Part shown: piece after piece, positions 57,517 to 64,000 of the stretch
Position numbering within the stretch: position 1 is the stretch's first letter
Layout: each line of letters starts with the position of its first letter
Assembly (NCBI RefSeq): GCF_009914755.1
Contig: NC_060937.1
Direction: 5' to 3' (one strand)
Origin: the human T2T-CHM13v2.0 reference genome, Homo sapiens
DNA length: 64,000 nt
Notes under the pieces: generated by a model
What the model saw: the letters and a program-made list of their open reading frames with translations, nothing else
Databases searched by the model: none
Told to the model about the DNA's origin: nothing
Position numbers and translations under genes: made by a program

Positions 57517-57800
57517 GGCCAGGCATGGTGGCTCATACTTGTAATTCCAGCACTTTGGGAGGCCAAGGATTGTTTGAGGCCAGGAGTTTGAGACCAACCT
57601 GGTCAACATAGTGACAGCCTGTATCTACACATGATTTTAAAAAGCTGGGTGTGGTGGTGCACACCTGTAGTCCCAGCTATTTGAGTGGCTGAAGTGGAAG
57701 GAGAGCTTGAGCCTAGGAAGTTAAGGGCAGTGAGCCATGATTGTGTCACTCCACTCCAGTCTGAGGGACAGAGCAAGATCCAATCTCAAAAATTAAAAAA
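57517..57800 (+). mobile_element. AluJ
   Basis: Diverged dimer with a small left-arm deletion; perfect 15-bp TSD aaagaataataaaca at 57501-57515 and 57801-57815. Confidence 0.95.
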
Positions 57801-60094
57801 AAAGAATAATAAACAATAAAAGTTTGTAGATTTTCATTTGACTTTCAACATTGTTAGTTATTCCCTACAAAGCAAATGATGCAGGGTTGAGTTTCCCTAA
57901 AAATAGGATGAGGAGTCAACATGTACTACTTTACTATTGAAAAAGGATTAAGGTTAGATTAAGTTTTCTTTAAAAACAAAACCCTACATTTGAAAAGCAG
58001 ATCATGAAACTATAAAATATTGACTAGACTCTCTGACTTCATGGGAAGAGGATATTAGAGAAAATTGTTAGAAAAGAATACTTCAAAACAAGTGTCGGGA
58101 AAAATTTTCTCAATGCCTAACATATTCAGACACAGCTGAAAAATAAAATATTAAAAGAAAGACGTTCAGCATGTTTCCCACTTTATAACTTTTGACTCTT
58201 TGGAATATTTATACTTGAAACTTAACTTCAATAAAACAGCATTATTATTCAACCTTATATGTTTGGGAGAATTGTCATAGTTTATATTTCTTTTAGTCTC
58301 TACAGATACTGTATGAGAAGAATTTGTGATAAAGGCATCCAATAACACAGAAAATGTTTGAATAAAATATTTTGTGTTTAATGAAAGCATATTGAGTACT
58401 TCCTCCAGATTACGTATGAAAAGCTAACATATGAGTTTTTAAGAGCAAATTTACTGTTTTTTCTTTTTTTGATAATTGATATGGTTTGTGATATGACCAA
58501 CCAACATTGAATCTAAAAATAATGTCAGCAATTGGTTCAATTATTTTGCTGCCTATTAAATGGTGTGATATCTGTACTTTATAAGTCAGCGTAAATCTTT
58601 AAGGAAAATCGGATTTAATATCTATCATTTTCTCTCATATTCAAATGGTACTTAACATGGTCAACACACACACACACACATACACGCACAGAATTTCCTT
58701 AAGAGATAAATTCTTAGGTAATGATTATATAAATAGAGAACCTTTTAAAAGTAAGTTGACACCCAAGGGGTTTTAAAAGTAAATTTTTTGGGGATCTCAG
58801 CAAATTGTGCTAGAAAAATTGTAAGTATAAGCTGAAATTTTTGGATTATATAAACATAGAATGAGAACTATTATTTTATGTAAATATAAAATTATAAACA
58901 TATTTTCTAAGCAGAACTCAAGATTGCAGTACCAAAAGTAGTTAAAACTCATCTAGTTTGGTCTTTAAACTTTATATGAGACACTGTCTTTGTATAACTG
59001 AAACTAAGTTCCTATGGATAGATATAAGCAATCTCATTCATTACTTAAATGCTGGCTAAAGAATTTCTATAAGTTGGTCTTCGAAAAAACTGCATAGACG
59101 TTTCCTAGGATCATGTACTTAAGAGGAATCTCAAATATGTGAAAAGAGTCATTGTTAATTTTAAATTGAAAGAAAAAAATCTAGATAGTGAACATAACTA
59201 AGTAGAAGCAAAGTCACTAAGACATCAAATTGTTTAGAATTTAATTTATTTAATTTTCATTATATGTTATACTTTATTGTGATACTTAATAATTGCAACA
59301 CTTGTCCATAAAAGCATTTTTTGCTGCACTCAGCTTCTACTCGTTTCTACTCTATTTTCAAAAGCCTTGTTAAAAATTTACGTCCTATATTCAAACTCAT
59401 TTCCACATACATATATTACTCCATGGATTACTTGCTAGATACAGACATTATATAGACTTTTAAAGTTAGAATTTATAGCATTTACATAGTTTATTTTATG
59501 TAGAATTTATATTACAGTTTTATCTGAATAGATAGTCAAAGACTGTAGGCCACAGAGAGGCAAGAAGTGAAAAAGAAAACCACTTAGCTCTGTTGAGCTA
59601 CCCAGAGACTAAGAACTTAAAAGCACCATCTTCAGGATAGGATGCCAGTCAAAATTATTTTAAAAATTTATTCATAGGCACAGGTGTTACCATTCCTCAG
59701 TTTCCAGACAGAAAATGTTGGGAAACAGAGCATCTGATTGGATATCAGAGACTTACATTCCGGAAACATTTTTTCCCCCAGGAGAGACAAGGAAATCTGG
59801 AATACAACAGAAGAGTGTACGGGGTAAGAGGTGAAGCAGAAAAAAATAAGAGGATGGGTTGGAAATCTGCATGCGAGACAACTAGAGTACTGATCTTGTT
59901 TCCCCATCCAATGTGCAGACTGAGAACAGGGATTTTAATATCTATAGATAAAATCAGTGGGGGCCTATTAGTCTCATCCCCCCAAAAATGAAAGTCCTCA
60001 GAAAAAATAGCATTATTATTACAGGTTGCTTTCACATCCAAATCTATTTGCTTAATGAAATATGTTTGGATAATTGTGACAAGTAGATCTTAAT

Positions 60095-60500
60095 GGCACA
60101 GGGGTTTCCCTGGGAAGCTGAATCTGACACGGAGATTGAGGTAAATGGAATGTATTGAAGAGTGCTCTCAGGATCAATACATGAGGATGAGAAAGAAACA
60201 GAGGTGAGCAGAGAAAATGTTGAACTGAAGTTCAGGTTCAATGAAGGTCTGAGCTAATTCTCTGGTGATTCTGGATCTTAATCCTTTACAGTTGGACTTT
60301 ACGCCAACCTATTCAGCAGTGTTCAGTTGGGGAATGTCCTAGGAAGAGATGGGTGACTTTCTTGAGGTGACTCTTTAGCTGAGGTCATGGAGAGGAATTA
60401 ACTGAGAGCTGTTAGCTGCCAGTATTCTCTGTTAGATAGAAAACTGAGGACTTGGGTTCTGCAGGCCAACCATAGGCAACTCATGACATAGTCCACTATA
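60095..60500 (-). mobile_element. LTR33/LTR16-like ERVL LTR
   Basis: gggtttccctgggaagctgaatctgacacggagatt..agtgctctcaggatcaatac. Confidence 0.72.
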
Positions 60501-60539
60501 GTGCACCTTTATTTCATACAACTTTAGAAGTCTCAGCAG

Positions 60540-61200
60540 TTACTGTATCACAATCTAATTCTCCCTCTGCTGAATTCTGTTTTCTTGAGTTTCCCAGAGT
60601 CACTGATGCCAAGAGCATTTTCCAGTACATTTCATGCATGCAAATCTGAGTTTATTTCTGTGAAAACCAACTTATGATATTTGCCCTCAGTGACCCAATG
60701 AATACATACTTTCAAAAACTTGCAATTTTTGTGCTCTAGGTTTAGAAATTTTAGTTCCTAGAAGGAAAATTATTCTAACAAGTGGCTTTTTAAGAGATTC
60801 ACTAATCCTCAGATTAAGACTGCTCCCTGCCCATTCATTTTAAGCTACTTGTCCCAAAAGACCAGCAGTCAGTAGAGAAGTCACTATCCAGTCAGGGAGA
60901 ATTCTGATTATTAGGATATGGTAGGCTTTCTGTGACCCAATGGGATAAAGGAATATGTATAGCATCCAAAAGATCCATATAGTGTGTCTTACGCTCTTCA
61001 TTTCAATTTTATTGGTAAATTGACAACTGGTAGCAAGGCCTGAGATGGGAATGGTGTGGGGAGGATAACACCATTCAGCTATGAGGATTTGAGTGACTCC
61101 ATCAAGTAAATCACCTATGCCCGCAAAGGAACCAGCTGAGGCTGAGCAGTCTTAGGATGGTAGAGGAAGAATATGGTAAATATAAATTGTGGTCTTCAGA
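60540..61200 (+). mobile_element. ERVL LTR 3' fragment plus internal pol 3' / dUTPase-like remnant
   Basis: ttaagactgctccctgcccatt..aaagaccagcag..gtcactatc..ctgattattagga resembles the ERVL LRLPPGHF..DQQ..VTI..DPDY region. Confidence 0.55.
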
Positions 61201-61486
61201 CCAGATGGTTTAGAAAAACTATAAAGTGTTTCTGTAATTGTTATCTTCAAAATTTCCCCTAGAAAAAGGGATTACAAAAATGGTTTTAAGGAGCTTTAGT
61301 TAATAAATTAGGATTTGAGACATACTGCAACCAATAAAAACAAGGGCAAGATCAATAAGAGAAAAACAACATATTTTTGGAGTTAAAAAATAAAAATAAA
61401 ATAATTCAAAAACATTATTTAAGGTAAAATTGAGAAATACTTTATGACAATAAAACAAAACAGTAAGAAGTGACATAAATGAAATA

Positions 61487-63927
61487 CAGGCATACCTTGT
61501 TTTACTGCGGTTTGCTTTATTGTGCTTTGCAGGTACTGTGTTTTTTACAAATTGAAGGATTGCAACAACCCTCTGCTGAACAAGTTTAGCCTAGTGCCAT
61601 TTTTTTCCAATAGCATGTGCTGACTTTGTGTCTGTCACATATTGGTAATTCTTGCACTATTTCAAACCTTTTTATTATTATTATCATATCTGTTATAGTG
61701 ATCTGTGATCAATAATTTTTGATATTACTACTGTAATTGTTTTAGGGTGCCACAAACTGTGCCAATATAAGACAGCGAACCTAATGAATAAATATGTTTG
61801 CTCTGACTACTCCATCGACTGGCCCTTCTCCCATTTCTCTTCCTTTCCTCAGGCCTCACTATTCTCTAAGACACACAATAATAAGATTAGGCAAATTAAT
61901 AAACTTATAATGGCTTCTAAGTATTCAAGTGGAGTCACAAGTCTCTCATATTGAATCAAAAATGAAAAATGATTAAGCTCAGTGAGGAGGCATGTTGAAA
62001 GCCAAGATAGGCTGAAAACTAGGCCTCTTGTGCCATACAATAAGCCAGGTTGTGAATGCAAAGAAAAAGTTCTTGAAGAAAATTAAAAGTGCTACCCCAG
62101 GGAACACTAGAATAAGAAAACAAAATAACATTATTGCTGATGTGGAGAACATCAGGATAGTCTGGATGGAAGATCAAATCAGTTGCAACATTCCTCTAAG
62201 CCAAAGGCTAATCCAGAGAAAAGCCTTTACTCTCTTCAATTTCATGAAGGCTGATAGAAGTGAGGAAGCTGCAGAAGAAAAGTTTGAAGATAGCAGAGGT
62301 TGTTTCTGGAGGACTAAGAAAAGAAGCCATCTCCATAACATAAAAATGTAAAGTGCTGATGCAGAAGCTGCAGCAATTTATCCAGATGATATACCTAGGA
62401 TAACTGATGAAGGTGGTTACAGTAAACAATAGATTTTTCATGTAGATGAAACAGCTTTCTCTTGGAAGAAGATGCCATGTAAGATTTCATAGCTACAGAG
62501 GAAAAATCAATGCCTGGCTCCAAAGCTTCAAAGGACAGGTTAACTCTTCTGTTGGGGCTAATGCAGCTGGTGACTTTAAGTTAAAGCCAGTGTTCATTTA
62601 CATTCTGAAAGTCCTAGGGCCTTTAAGAATTATGCTAAATTTGTTCTGCCTGTGCTCTATAAATGGATCGGCAAAGCCTGGAAAACAGAACATCTGTTTA
62701 CAGCATAGCTTGCTAAATATTTTAAGCCTACAGTTGAGACCTACTGCTCAGAAAAAAAATAATTTCTTTCAAACTATTACTGCTAATTGACAGCACACCT
62801 GGTCATTTAAGAGCTCTAATGGAGCTGTATCAAAAGATTACTGTTGTTTTTTATGCTGCTAACACAACATCCTTTCGGCAGCCCATTGATTAGGAGTCAT
62901 TTTGACATTCAAGTCTTATTAGTTAAGATATATATTTAGTAAGAAGACATATATGTGTGTATATATGTATATGTATATAAAGAAATAAATTTTGTAAGGC
63001 TATAGCTGCCACAGATTGTAATTTCTCTGAATAATCTGGGCAATGTAAATTAAAATCCTTCTGGATAGAATTCACCATTCTAGATACCATTAAATACATT
63101 CATGATTAATGGGAGAAGATCAAAATATCCACATATTTAACAGGAATTTGGAAGAAGCTGATCCCAACACTCATGGATGATTTGGAGGCATTCAAGACTT
63201 TAATGGAGAAAATTGCATATATGGTGGGAATAGCAAGAAAACTAGAATTTGAGGCACAGCCTAAAGATGCAATGGAATTGCTACAATGTCAACATAAGAT
63301 TTTAACAGATGAGTTTCTTCTTATGGATGATTGAAGATAATGGGTTCTTGAGATGAAAAATATTCCTGGTGAAGATGTCATGAAAATTGTTGAAATGACA
63401 AAAAAAGGATTGAGAATATTACATAAACTTAGCTGATAAAGCAAGAGCAGGGTTTTCAGAGGATTGGTTCCAATTTTGAAAGAAGTTCTACAGTGGGTAA
63501 AATGCTATCAAACAGCATCACATACTACAGAGTAATCATTCATGAAAGGAAGAACCGATCAATGAAGCAAACTTTATTGTTGTCTTACTTTAAGAAATTG
63601 CTGCAGCTACCTCCGCTTTCAGCAACTACCACCCTGATCGGTCAGCAGCCATCAACACTAAGGTACGACACTCCAACAGCAGAATGATTAAAACTCCTTG
63701 AAGGCTTTGATAATAATCAGATTTTTTTTAGCAATAAAGTATTTTAAATTGAAGTATGTACATTTTTAGACATAATGCTATTGCATACTTAATGACTACA
63801 ATGTAGTGTAAACATTACTTTCATACACACCATATAACAATAACATCTGTGTGACTAGATTTATTGCAATATTTTCTTAATTGTGGTGGTCTGGAACTGA
63901 ATCTGCAATATATCCTAAGTATTCCTA
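61487..63927 (+). mobile_element. Full-length Tigger1 with disrupted transposase
   Basis: ta|caggcatacct..aagtattccta|ta. ORF 62028-62351 reads [53 protein letters not shown]; ORF 62446-62790 includes GANAAGDFKLKP. Confidence 0.97.
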
Positions 63928-63966
63928 TAAATTTAAAATGAAAGATGTAGAGTATCTATTTATGAG

Positions 63967-64000
63967 AGCATTAGTCCGTTTTCACACTGCTATAAAGAAC
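63967..64000 (-). mobile_element. THE1/MSTA LTR 3' end (runs off the window)
   Basis: attagtccgttttcacactgctataaagaac. Confidence 0.85.

Overview
AT-rich primate genomic DNA (AluY/S/J, L1PA, MADE1, Tigger1 and THE1 are present, so probably human or great ape). It reads as a gene desert or a large intron. I see no credible host protein-coding gene, RNA gene or CpG island. Every recognisable ORF in the track is a decayed transposon fragment (ERVL gag, Tigger2 and Tigger1 transposase, L1 ORF2p), an Alu read-through or chance. The window is a mosaic of LINEs, SINEs, LTR elements and DNA transposons, including a dense, partly nested cluster of ERV1 (MER4/MER34-group) LTRs at about 13.3-27.2 kb and a full-length Tigger1 at 61.5-63.9 kb. 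The main structure that repeat annotation does not explain is three local, non-tandem, same-orientation duplications (about 323, 190 and 63 bp; donor-copy offsets about 1.0, 1.2 and 0.8 kb). Each copy sits where an older transposon is broken, which looks like templated insertion during DNA repair. There is also a MADE1 collapsed to a 54-bp miR-548-like hairpin. I cannot support a claim of a new gene system. Repeat subfamily names come from remembered consensus sequences and need RepeatMasker/Dfam confirmation.
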